A stretch of DNA of 64,000 bases. Origin: Acidobacteriota bacterium. GTDB lineage: Bacteria > Acidobacteriota > Vicinamibacteria > Vicinamibacterales > 2-12-FULL-66-21. The DNA lies in the NCBI GenBank assembly GCA_031361295.1, contig JANMCN010000229.1:5717-69716 (forward strand), written 5' to 3'. Made by a program: the position numbers and the translations under genes. Positions 35,062 to 45,021 of the stretch are shown piece by piece. Numbering within the stretch: the first letter of the stretch is position 1; each line of letters opens with the position of its first letter. Under the pieces are notes generated by a model. The model saw only the letters and a list, made by a program, of their open reading frames with translations. It ran no database searches and was not told the DNA's origin.

Positions 35062-35076
35062 GCAACACCGCGGCCA
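35062..35076 (-). promoter_or_regulatory. candidate sigma-54 (-24/-12) promoter of pilA copy 2
   Basis: The minus strand reads TGGCCG-cggtg-TTGCT, with correct GG-N10-GC spacing. It lies 92 nt upstream of the ATG at 34970, the same offset as copy 1. A second, out-of-register TGGCAC lies 7 nt further upstream. Confidence 0.5.
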
Positions 35077-35101
35077 TGTGCCACATCTCTAAAAGCGTGG
35101 A

Positions 35102-35210
35102 TAAATCACTGATGCAAAGTGGTTTAAGGTCCAAGTATACCGTCGGATAGGGGTGACAATAATTGCCGGTAGCCACTTAATGTCACAAGCGCCTCGCCAT
35201 TAAATGTCCC
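35102..35210 (-). promoter_or_regulatory. AT-rich candidate enhancer/UAS region for PilR, with an IHF-like site
   Basis: This is locally the most AT-rich stretch of the window. GTGACA (35153-35158) and TGTCAC (35181-35186) form an inverted pair. TTAATGTCAC and TTAAATGTCCC form direct half-sites. On the minus strand cATCAGtgatTTA (35102-35114) resembles the IHF consensus WATCARnnnnTTR. Confidence 0.35.
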
Positions 35211-35245
35211 GGTAGGGGCGTCCCGGCGACCGCGCCAGCCCCCAG

Positions 35246-36684
<1,439 letters not shown>

Positions 36685-36688
<4 letters not shown>

Positions 36689-38346
36689 CTCAGCACCGGG
36701 CGCGCGCGCGTCGCGACCGGCAGCGTGACCTCGACCTGCGTCCCGGACCCGCGCTGCGACGTGACGTGCACCGCGCCGCCGTAGTCACTCACGATGCGAT
36801 GCACGATGGCCAGGCCGAGCCCCGTGCCGCCCGCGAAGCCGCCGCGGAACGGCTGGAAGATTCCGTCAATCTCGTCCTGCGCGATGCCGACGCCCTGATC
36901 CTCGACCCGTATCACCAGGTCGCCCGGCCGCCCGGCGACGTCCGGCGCCTGCTTGACGCACAGGCGTAACTCGCCCCCCTCGGGCATGGCGCGGACCGCG
37001 TTGGTGGCCAGGTTCCAGACGATCTGCCGGATCTGGTTCTCGTCCGCCTCGTACCAGGCTTCGGCCGCCGGCACGTCCACCGCGATGGCGTGCGCGTCGC
37101 TCAGCTCGGCGTTGTTCTCGAGGAGACGCGCCGTGTCCGTGATCACCTGCCGGACGTCCACGCGGGTCGTCGCGAGCCGCTGCGGGCGCGCGTAAGCCAG
37201 GAAGCTGCGTATCGTGTCGTTCAACCGGTCCGATTCCCGGAGGACGATGTCCATCAGTTGCGACTGATCGATCGTCAACGGAAGCTCCTGCCGGAGGATC
37301 TGAATCGATCCCGACATCGAGGCGAGCGGGTTCCGGATCTCGTGCGCGATGCCGGCGGCCATCTCGCCGACCGCCGCCAGCCGTTGCTGGACGCGCGCCT
37401 CACGCTCGTGCTTGCGGGCGTCGGTGACGTCCTGGAACGTGAACAGGAACCCGGTCTCGCCGCGGGGGGTGATGAGCGGGGCGGTGCTGAGCCCCACCAT
37501 CACCTGCCGGCCGTCGGGCCTGGTGAATCCGAAGTCGACCCTGGGCAGCGGAGGCCGGTCCTCGCGCGCGCCGAACAGGTCGCTGAAGTCCGGCGGGAGC
37601 TGCAGGACCACGGCCGCCGGGTGCCCCACCGCGTCGGCCGCCCGCACCCCCGTAATCGCCGAAGCGGCGCGGTTGAACGTGAGCAGGCGCCCGTCGATGT
37701 CGCTCGTCGCCAGGCCGCTCGTCAGGCTGTCGATGACGTGCTGGCTGAAGGCCTGCAGGTCGGCAATCTGGTTGGACGCGACGGCCAGCTTCTCGTCGGC
37801 CCTCCGCAGCCCTTCGGCCAGGTAGCCGCTCAAGGACGCGACGGCGACGAACCCGAAGACGTTCAAGCCGACCGTGAAGCCGGCCACGCGCAGCTGCGGC
37901 AGCACGGCCGGGCCGTACCAGACCGCTGAGGCATCCGGGGCGGAGTACTGCGCCAGCACCAGCCCCGAGTACAGGATCGAGCTCAGCACGCCCACCATCA
38001 CGCCGCCGCGCCGCGACTCGATGGTGCTGGCGGCAATGATCGGCAGCGCGTAGAGCGGCGTAAAATAACTCCCGACCCCGCCGGTGAGACCGACGATGGC
38101 CGACACGATCACGGCATCGCATCCGAGCTGCAGGTCCACCAGCCAGCGATACCGCTCGGAGTAGGTGAGCAGCAGGCTGTACACGACCGTCAACGCATAC
38201 GTCAGCCCGATGAGCACGAAGAACGGATCGATCGGGAACGCCCCGGGCGATGTGGTCTGGATCAGGATCGCCGACCCGAGCAGCAGCGTAATCGCCGCGG
38301 CCCGGCCTGCGATCAACCAGAGAAGTTTGCGCCGGAGTGAGTTCAT
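36685..38346 (-). CDS. pilS: sensor histidine kinase PilS (polytopic N-terminus, PAS, HisKA, HATPase)
   Basis: It has about 6 N-terminal TM helices. The H-box is GIAHEIRNPLASMSGSIQIL and the G-boxes are DQGVGI and GTGLGLAIV. It is paired with pilR. Confidence 0.85.
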
Positions 38347-38353
38347 TCGATTT

Positions 38354-38479
38354 CAGCTGCCAGTTACGAGCTCCCAGCTACCAGCTATAGCTCCCAGCTC
38401 CCAGCTCCCAGCTCCCAGTCACGCCCGGGTCGTTCCAGCTGGAAGCTGGAAGCTGGAAGCTGAAAGCCTGAAGCTAAAA
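38354..38479. repeat. heptad-phased palindromic array, AGCT-core family (pilS | pilC gap)
   Basis: The left arm is cagctgc cagttac gagctcc cagctac cagctat agctccc agctccc agctccc agctccc. The loop is agtcacgcccgggtcgttc. The right arm is cagctgg aagctgg aagctgg aagctga aagcctg aagctaa. Confidence 0.9.
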
Positions 38480-38486
38480 CTCCTGC

Positions 38487-39722
38487 CTACGTCAGCTTGC
38501 TGATCATGTCGAAGATCGGCATGTACATCGCGATGACGATGCCGCCGACGACGACGCCGAGGACGGCAATCATCACCGGCTCCATCAGCGTCAGGAGGCC
38601 GGCGACGGCCGTGTCGACCTCCTCTTCGTAGAAGTCGGCGATCTTCCCGAGCATCGCGTCGAGCGCGCCGGTGGTCTCGCCTACGTTGATCATCTGCACG
38701 ACCATCGACGGGAAGACGTTCGTCTCCCGCAGGGGCGTCGAGATGGTCTCGCCGCGCTCGATGCTCGTCCGGGTCTTCTGCACCGCGGCCTCGATGACCG
38801 CGTTGCCGGCCGTCCGCGCGGTGATGTCCAGTCCGTCGAGGATCGGCACACCCGAGGCGAGCAGCGTCGAGAGCGTGCGGCAGAACCGGGCGACGGCCAC
38901 CTTGCGCAGAATGTTCCCCAGAATCGGCAGCTTGAGCGAGATCGTATCGACCATCAGCCGGCCCGGCTCGGTGGCGTAGTAGCTCTTGAACGCATAGGCG
39001 CCGAGCCCCATCGCGATGACGCCGATCCACCCGTACGAGACCAGGCCGTTGCTCAGCGCGATGACCACGCGGGTCGGAAGCGGCAGCTGCGCTCCGAGTC
39101 CCGCGAACATCGCGGCGAAGGTCGGGATGACCTTCCAGAGGATGGCGCTGACCACGAGCGCGGCGATGACGATGACCGCCACCGGGTAGATCATCGCGGA
39201 CTTCACTTCGCCGGTCAGCTTGACGCTCTTCTCGATGTACTCGGCGAGGCGCTTCAAAATCGTGTCGAGAATACCGCCCGCTTCGCCCGCCGCGATCATG
39301 TTGGTGAAGAGCGGGTCGAAGGTCTTCGGGTGTTTCTTCATCGCGTCGGCGAGCGCCGCGCCCGACTCGACGTCCTCGCGGGTCTTCAGGATCACCGCCG
39401 CGAAGTTCTTGTGCGGTTCCTGCTTGCCCAGGATCTCGAGGCACTGGACGAGCGGAAGCCCGGCGTCGATCATGACCGAGAACTGGCGGACGAAAATCGC
39501 GAGGTTCTTCGCCGGCACCTTCTTGCCCGCTTTCGGCCCGCCCGGCTTCGCCGGCGCCGCGGCCGCGGCGGCGGCTTTCTGGGCTTTCGACGGGTCGATC
39601 CGCGTGACCATGATCTGATCGCGGCGGAGCGCCGCCACCGCGGCGTCCATCGAGTCGGCCGTGTGTTCCCCGGAGACGGACTGCCCCGCGCGCGTTCGTC
39701 CTGAATAAGCGAATGTAGGCAT
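38487..39722 (-). CDS. pilC: type IV pilus platform protein PilC (GspF family)
   Basis: This 411-aa protein has two GspF repeats (FVRQFSVMIDAGLPLVQCLE... and FCRTLSTLLASGVPILDGLD...). Confidence 0.92.
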   Translation of the reverse strand: MPTFAYSGRTRAGQSVSGEHTADSMDAAVAALRRDQIMVTRIDPSKAQKAAAAAAAPAKPGGPKAGKKVPAKNLAIFVRQFSVMIDAGLPLVQCLEILGKQEPHKNFAAVILKTREDVESGAALADAMKKHPKTFDPLFTNMIAAGEAGGILDTILKRLAEYIEKSVKLTGEVKSAMIYPVAVIVIAALVVSAILWKVIPTFAAMFAGLGAQLPLPTRVVIALSNGLVSYGWIGVIAMGLGAYAFKSYYATEPGRLMVDTISLKLPILGNILRKVAVARFCRTLSTLLASGVPILDGLDITARTAGNAVIEAAVQKTRTSIERGETISTPLRETNVFPSMVVQMINVGETTGALDAMLGKIADFYEEEVDTAVAGLLTLMEPVMIAVLGVVVGGIVIAMYMPIFDMISKLT

Positions 39723-39726
39723 AAAT

Positions 39727-39838
39727 CAGCTCACCGTTCCAGCTCACAGCTCACAGCTTCCAGGTCCCAGCTTCCAGCTCCCAGCTGCCAGCTCATGTTG
39801 CACATTGCACATTGCACGTTCCACGCTCCACGTTGCTA
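39727..39838. repeat. one-armed chimeric heptad array of 16 consecutive heptads (pilC | pilT gap)
   Basis: It reads cagctca ccgttcc agctcac agctcac agcttcc aggtccc agcttcc agctccc agctgcc agctcat gttgcac attgcac attgcac gttccac gctccac gttgcta. The first ten heptads are AGCT-type and the last six are (A/G)TTGCAC-type. There is no complementary arm, and the pilT stop lies inside the last heptad. Confidence 0.85.
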
Positions 39839-40969
39839 TCTCGCCGGCGCGCGCGCCGGCAGGCCGGCGCCCGGGCGAGCCATGCCGGCCCCGGGCACGA
39901 CGCCGGCGCCGCGGCTGATCATCTGTTCGAGCTCGTCCTTCAGCGACGAGGCGCCCATCGCCGTGTCGAGCGTGATCAAACGCTTCTGATACAGCGTCGC
40001 GAGCGACTGGTTCATCGTCTGCATCCCGAACTTGTCCTGTCCGGTCTGCATCGTCGAATAGAGCTGGTGGACCTTGTCGTCGCGAATCAGGTTGCGGATG
40101 GCCGGGGTCGGGATCAGGACTTCGAGCGAGATGACCCGGCCCTGCCCGTCGGCGCGCGGCATGAGCGCCTGGCAGACGATCCCTTCGAGCACGAGCGAGA
40201 GCTGCGTGCGGATCTGCCCCTGCTGGTGGGCAGGAAAGACGTCGATGATGCGGTTGATCGTCTGCGCCGCGGAATTGGTGTGCAGCGTGGCGAACGTGAG
40301 ATGCCCCGTCTCCGCGACGCGCAGCGCCGACTCGATGGTCTCGAGATCGCGGAGCTCGCCGATGAGCACGATGTCGGGGTCTTCGCGAAGGGCGGCGCGC
40401 AGCGCGACCGCGAACCCGTGGGTGTCGCTGTGCACCTCGCGCTGGTTCACCAGGCAGCCCTTGTGCTGATGGATGTACTCGATCGGATCCTCGATCGTGA
40501 GAATGTGCTCGCGCCGTTCAGTGTTGATCTTGTCGATCATGGCCGCGAGCGTCGTGGATTTGCCGCTGCCGGTCGGCCCGGTGACGAGGACCAGGCCGCG
40601 CGGACGATCGGCGAGGGTCGCGAGCACCGGGGGGAGCCCCAGCTCGGCGAAGCTCTTGATCGTCTCCGGGATGACCCGGTAGACCGCCGCCACCGCGCCG
40701 CGCTGGTTGAACACGTTGCAGCGGAACCGCGCGAGGCCCCGGATGCCGAACGAAAAGTCCAGCTCCAGCGATTCCTCGAACCGCTTCTTCTGCGCGTCCG
40801 TCAGCACGCTGTAGGCGAGCCCCTTGGTCTCGGCCGGTCCCAGGCTCGGCAGATCGAGCGTCTGGAGCTTGCCGTGGACGCGAATCTGCGGCGGAGTGCT
40901 CGTGGTCAGGTGCAGGTCGGACCCGCTCTGCTCAACGAGAGTCTTCAGTAGTTCGGGCAGTGTGGCCAT
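39836..40969 (-). CDS. pilT: twitching-motility retraction ATPase PilT
   Basis: It reads MATLPELLKTLVEQSGSDLHLTT..., with Walker A GPTGSGKSTTLAAM, Asp box ILTIEDPIEY and HLTFATLHTNSAAQ. The start is the ATG at 40969. The track start at 40978 is a TTG. Confidence 0.92.
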   Translation of the reverse strand: MATLPELLKTLVEQSGSDLHLTTSTPPQIRVHGKLQTLDLPSLGPAETKGLAYSVLTDAQKKRFEESLELDFSFGIRGLARFRCNVFNQRGAVAAVYRVIPETIKSFAELGLPPVLATLADRPRGLVLVTGPTGSGKSTTLAAMIDKINTERREHILTIEDPIEYIHQHKGCLVNQREVHSDTHGFAVALRAALREDPDIVLIGELRDLETIESALRVAETGHLTFATLHTNSAAQTINRIIDVFPAHQQGQIRTQLSLVLEGIVCQALMPRADGQGRVISLEVLIPTPAIRNLIRDDKVHQLYSTMQTGQDKFGMQTMNQSLATLYQKRLITLDTAMGASSLKDELEQMISRGAGVVPGAGMARPGAGLPARAPAR

Positions 40970-40979
40970 ATTTTTCAAT

Positions 40980-41164
40980 CCCAGCTTCGAGCTTCCGGCT
41001 TCCAGCTTCCAGCTTCCCGGCTTCCAGCTTCCGGCATCCGGCTTCCAGCATCCGGTTTCCAGCTTGCGGCTCGTCTGGAACTCGGCCTCAAGCCATCCCG
41101 CTCCGCTGGGAGCTGGGAGCTGGAAGCTGGAAGCTGGCAGCCGGCAGCTGGAGACTGGAAGCTC
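40980..41164. repeat. heptad-phased palindromic array, AGCT-core family, the largest instance (pilT | pilB gap)
   Basis: The left arm (~12 heptads) is cccagct tcgagct tccggct tccagct tccagct tcccggc ttccagc ttccggc atccggc ttccagc atccggt ttccagc. The loop is ~38 nt. The right arm is ctgggag ctgggag ctggaag ctggaag ctggcag ccggcag ctggaga ctggaag. Confidence 0.9.
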
Positions 41165-41168
41165 GTGC

Positions 41169-42953
41169 CTACTTCACCGTCTCCCGCGCCACTTCCTCGA
41201 TGGTCGTGACGCCTTCCATCACCTTGTGGAGTCCGCTGCGGCGCAGCGTGATCATCCCTTCCTCGACCGCCTTGCGCCGGAGTTCCAGGCCCGACGCGCC
41301 GACGAGAATCAGCTCGCGAAGCTGCTCGCCGATTTCCATCACTTCGTAGAGGCCGACCCGGCCCTTGTACCCGGTGTTGTTGCATTTCTCGCAGCCGCTG
41401 CCCTTCTTGGGCACGACGGTCTCGGCTTCGTCCTTCGTGAAGCCCGCCTCGACGAGGGCCGGCGGCGCATGCCGTTCTTCGACCTTGCACTGCGTGCAGA
41501 TCCGGCGCACCAGGCGCTGCGCGCAAATCAGATTGACGGAGCTCGCCACGAGGAACGGCTCGATCCCCATGTTCATCAGCCGGTTGATCGTGCTCGGCGC
41601 ATCGTTCGTGTGGAGCGTGGAGAGCACGAGATGGCCCGTCAGCGCGGCCTTGACGGCGATTTCGGCGGTTTCGAAATCGCGGATTTCGCCGACGAGAATG
41701 ATGTTGGGATCCTGCCGGAGGAACGACCGCAGCGCGGCCGCGAAGTTCAGCCCGATGTTCTCCCGCACCTGGACCTGGTTCACCCCGACGAGGTTGAACT
41801 CGACCGGGTCCTCGGCGGTCATGATGTTCGTTTCGGTGGTGTTGATCTTCGCGATGGACGAATAGAGGGTGTTGGTCTTGCCGCTTCCCGTCGGCCCCGT
41901 CACGAGCACGAGCCCCCAGGGCTTCGCGATGGCGGCCTCGAGCTTCTTGAGCGAGTTCGGCTCGAATCCCAGCTTCGTCATGTCGAGCATCAGCTTGTCC
42001 TTGTCGAGCAGACGCATGACGATCTTCTCGCCGAAGAGCGTCGGGAGACAGGACACGCGGAAGTCGATTTCCTTGGTCTGGCCGTTGTCGGCAAAGCGGA
42101 TTTTGATGCGCCCGTCCTGCGGCAGCCGCTTTTCGGCGATGTCGAGCTTCGCCATGATCTTCACGCGGGACGTAATCGCGTCCCGGAACTTCATCGGCGG
42201 CGCCATGACGTTGTAGAGAATGCCGTCGATGCGGAACCGGACCCGGAACTCCTTCTCGTAAGGCTCGACGTGAATGTCGCTCGCGCCCTTCTGAATCGCC
42301 GACATCAGCATCAGGTTGACGAGCCTGATGACGGGAGCCTCGCCCCCCTGCCGCTCGAGGGAAGCCACGTCGATCTGCTCCAACTCCTGGAGCACTTCGA
42401 CGTCTTCATCGACGATGGCGGCTGATTCCTCGAGGGCCTTGGTGACCATGTCGAGCGAGGCCGCGCTCGACAGCGAGTCGCCGGATGCCGCCACGGCGGT
42501 CCCTTCTCGCGGACCGCGCGCCGCCGGGGCTGCGCTGTAGTACTTCTGGATGGCGTCGGTGACGGCCGTCTCCGACGCCACCACCGGTTCCACGTTGTAG
42601 CCCGTCATGAACTTGATGTCGTCCATGGCGAACACGTTGGTCGGGTCCGTCATCGCGATCGTCAGCGTCGCCCCGGCGCGGCTGAGCGGAACGATCTGGT
42701 ACTTGTGCGCGGTCTCGGACGGGATCAGCTTGATGATGCTGGCGTCAATCTCGAACTGCGTCAGGTTGATCGAGGGGACCCCGTACTGCTTGCTGAGGAG
42801 GGCGGTGATCTCCTCGTCCTTGACGAGCCCGAGCTTGACCAGATTGAAGCCGAGCTTCCCCCCGTTGGTCTTCTGATAGCTCAGGGCTTCCTGCAGTTGA
42901 GCAGGCGTGATGCGCTTTTCTTTGAGCAGCAGCTCGCCTATGCGGACGGGCAT
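41169..42953 (-). CDS. pilB: type IV pilus assembly ATPase PilB (GspE family with N-terminal MshEN-type domain)
   Basis: The ATG at 42953 gives MPVRIGELLLKEKRITPAQLQEALSYQK. Walker A is GPTGSGKTNTLYS, and the tetracysteine motif is CTQCK...CEKCNNTGYKGR. The track start is 43052. Confidence 0.92.
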   Translation of the reverse strand: MPVRIGELLLKEKRITPAQLQEALSYQKTNGGKLGFNLVKLGLVKDEEITALLSKQYGVPSINLTQFEIDASIIKLIPSETAHKYQIVPLSRAGATLTIAMTDPTNVFAMDDIKFMTGYNVEPVVASETAVTDAIQKYYSAAPAARGPREGTAVAASGDSLSSAASLDMVTKALEESAAIVDEDVEVLQELEQIDVASLERQGGEAPVIRLVNLMLMSAIQKGASDIHVEPYEKEFRVRFRIDGILYNVMAPPMKFRDAITSRVKIMAKLDIAEKRLPQDGRIKIRFADNGQTKEIDFRVSCLPTLFGEKIVMRLLDKDKLMLDMTKLGFEPNSLKKLEAAIAKPWGLVLVTGPTGSGKTNTLYSSIAKINTTETNIMTAEDPVEFNLVGVNQVQVRENIGLNFAAALRSFLRQDPNIILVGEIRDFETAEIAVKAALTGHLVLSTLHTNDAPSTINRLMNMGIEPFLVASSVNLICAQRLVRRICTQCKVEERHAPPALVEAGFTKDEAETVVPKKGSGCEKCNNTGYKGRVGLYEVMEIGEQLRELILVGASGLELRRKAVEEGMITLRRSGLHKVMEGVTTIEEVARETVK

Positions 42954-43161
42954 CGTTTGAGGCTCTTGGTCGAAGGGCCGCCGGGAACGCGGCTGAAGCT
43001 GAGGTCGAGCTGGGGGAACAGTATTCGAGCACGCCTTGACACTTTTTGTCAAGCCAGCCGATTGCGAAAAGGTGAGACGACACTAAAGAACAGTGAAGAA
43101 CAGTGAACTAAGCCCGATGCGGGGGTCTGGGTTGGGTTCTTGAGAAGCGAGCCGGCTCCGG

Positions 43162-44142
43162 CTAATAGGCGAACCGGGCGGCCACTCCCCAGCCCCGCTG
43201 GGCAGGGTCGGAGCCGCGGGTCACCTGGATGTCGAGGAACAGCGAATTGGTCGCCGCGAAGCTGCCGCCTGCGCTCAGGGCACGGGCCCGTGCTCCGGTA
43301 GTATTGAGGTTGAACCCGCCGCGAACCGTCGCCCGGCGGTAGACCCGGCCCTCCGTGCCCGCCGCAACCCGCCTCGAGGGGCCGTTCAGCCCCTCTGTCT
43401 GCAGAAGGTCAGAGTCCGCCGCCACGATCCAGCCTGCCAGCGGAGTCACCGCGACGCCCGCCCGCGCCTGGCGCTGGAGCCGAAGGGCTGCCCCGCCGGC
43501 GGTGCCGAACGACGGTTCACCGGCGTTTCTGAGGGTCAGCCCGGCTTTGAGCTTCCCCACGGTCCCCATGACACCGAGATCGGCGTCAAAATGCGTGGTT
43601 TCCTGCGTCGCGACGTCTCCAGGGGGTGTCAACAGGGCCATCCGCTCGCTGACGGGCCCCAGCACCGAAGACGCGTAGCCCCGCACCATCTTCAGCGTGG
43701 CCCCCACGGTAAGGCCGGGCACGATCGACTGGACGACCGTGGCACCGAGGTGGTGGGTGACGAGCGTGTCGGCTTCCAACAGAGAGTTCGCCGTGTCCAA
43801 CCGCCTGGCCGGTGCCACCTGCCTGGAGCTCAGGCGGTAATAGGACAGGCCGAGAGCCGGTATTCCGAGCGCCACGAGGAATCCCGACCGGTCGCCCGCC
43901 GGTCCAGCTCCAGGCGGTTTCAACTCAGCATTACCGCGATCCAGGACGAAACTGAAGAGAGATCCTGACGCGAAGCCTGCCGGATTCCAGTACGCCGCCG
44001 ACGCATCATCCGCGACGGCGACGAAGGCGCCTCCCATTCCCGCGGATCGGGTGCCGACGGTGTCGAACGACTGGGCGGCCGCAGGCGCGGTCGCCGCAGC
44101 CACGACCAACACGGTGACGAGACCCCGCTGACGCACCATCAT
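43162..44142 (-). CDS. putative outer-membrane beta-barrel protein
   Basis: MMVRQRGLVTVLVVAAATAPAAAQS looks like a signal peptide. GMGGAFVAVADDASAAYWNPAG follows, then alternating beta-strand-like segments and a C-terminal ...GVAARFAY with an aromatic end. The start could instead be the ATG at 44211. The rest of track ORF 43162-44820 is antisense to a real plus-strand gene. Confidence 0.6.
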   Translation of the reverse strand: MMVRQRGLVTVLVVAAATAPAAAQSFDTVGTRSAGMGGAFVAVADDASAAYWNPAGFASGSLFSFVLDRGNAELKPPGAGPAGDRSGFLVALGIPALGLSYYRLSSRQVAPARRLDTANSLLEADTLVTHHLGATVVQSIVPGLTVGATLKMVRGYASSVLGPVSERMALLTPPGDVATQETTHFDADLGVMGTVGKLKAGLTLRNAGEPSFGTAGGAALRLQRQARAGVAVTPLAGWIVAADSDLLQTEGLNGPSRRVAAGTEGRVYRRATVRGGFNLNTTGARARALSAGGSFAATNSLFLDIQVTRGSDPAQRGWGVAARFAY

Positions 44143-44238
44143 CCCAGAGAGCTTAACGTACGAGTCGCGCCGGCCCGAACGCCGTGGCCGCAACGACTTA
44201 AGAGGAAACATCCGCACCCCGGCTGTCGTATTGCTTGG

Positions 44239-44247
44239 TGCTAGAAT
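44239..44247 (+). promoter_or_regulatory. candidate extended -10 promoter for the yip1-macA-permease operon
   Basis: TGcTAGAAT lies 46 nt upstream of the ATG at 44293, in the divergent gap shared with the beta-barrel gene. There is no good -35 element. Confidence 0.25.
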
Positions 44248-44292
44248 CGTTCGTCCCACGGTCCGCAACCAGAAGGGCGCACCCCACAATTT

Positions 44293-45021
44293 ATGGCCAC
44301 TCCTGCCGCCCAGACCGGAGCCATCCAGGCTCCCCTCAGTCTCCCCGCGCGTGTCATCGGCATCATCACCGCGCCGCGTGCCACCTACGAATCGGTCGTG
44401 GCCCACCCGAAATGGCTGGGCATGCTGGCGCTGGTCGCGATGGTCATGGCGGTCGTGGTCGGCGGCTTCCTGCTGACGAAGGTCGGGCAGGAAGCCTGGC
44501 TCGACGCCGCGCTGAACAGTCCGATGTCGGGGCAGGTGTCGGACCAGCAGATTCAGGGGATGGAGAAGATGGCGGGGTATGTCGGCTACATCACGGCCGT
44601 CTTCTTCCTCGTCGGCACCCCCATCCTCCTGGCGGCTTGCTCGGGCGTGCTGTTCGCGGTGTTCAACGCGGCGCTGGGCGGCGACGCGACCTTCAAGCAG
44701 GTGTTCACCGTGATGGTGCACGTCGGCCCGATCGGGCTGCTCGGGCAGCTCTTCACGGTCCCGCTCAATTACGCACGCGGAACCATGTCGAGCGCGACGA
44801 ACCTGGGCGTCCTCACGCAATCCGTGCTCGCGGACGGATCGTTTGCCGCTCGCCTGCTCGGCATGATCGACATCTTCGTCATCTGGCAGGTGATCGTCCT
44901 GTCCATCGGGCTGGCGGTGCTGTACCGCCGCCGCACGCAGCCGATCGCGATGTCGCTGTTCGTGCTGTATGCCGTCATCGCCGTGATCGTCGCCTTCGTC
45001 CGGCGCGGAGCTGCAGCATGA
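44293..45021 (+). CDS. Yip1-domain-like polytopic membrane protein
   Basis: This 242-aa protein has 5 hydrophobic helices after a ~35-aa N-terminus. It makes an ATGA overlap with the downstream adaptor gene. Confidence 0.6.
   Translation: MATPAAQTGAIQAPLSLPARVIGIITAPRATYESVVAHPKWLGMLALVAMVMAVVVGGFLLTKVGQEAWLDAALNSPMSGQVSDQQIQGMEKMAGYVGYITAVFFLVGTPILLAACSGVLFAVFNAALGGDATFKQVFTVMVHVGPIGLLGQLFTVPLNYARGTMSSATNLGVLTQSVLADGSFAARLLGMIDIFVIWQVIVLSIGLAVLYRRRTQPIAMSLFVLYAVIAVIVAFVRRGAAA

Noticed and set aside
38354-41164. The possibility that the short periodic repeats are a CRISPR array.
   Set aside because: The period is 7 nt with no unique spacers of ~30 nt. The arrays are 60-190 nt long, palindromic and scattered between housekeeping genes. 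No cas genes are present in the window.
40960-41349. ORFs translated through the arrays that give peptide repeats such as [13 protein letters not shown] or [16 protein letters not shown]. Examples are 40960-41349, 54305-55069, 54858-55373 and the extended starts of rplR and rplE.
   Set aside because: The peptide periodicity is only the 7-nt DNA period read in rotating frames. These ORFs have no independent start or RBS logic, and they overlap bona fide genes.
43087-43106. A direct 10-mer duplication, agaacagtga agaacagtga, upstream of pilB.
   Set aside because: It is a single tandem duplication with no 7-nt phase, no dyad and no recognisable operator or promoter context. It could be a binding site, but I cannot support that from sequence alone.
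44143-44820. The N-terminal 226 aa of track ORF 43162-44820(-).
   Set aside because: This part is low-complexity and Arg/Asp/His-rich, and it is antisense to the well-formed Yip1-like gene. A good signal peptide begins at the internal MMVRQRG (44142).
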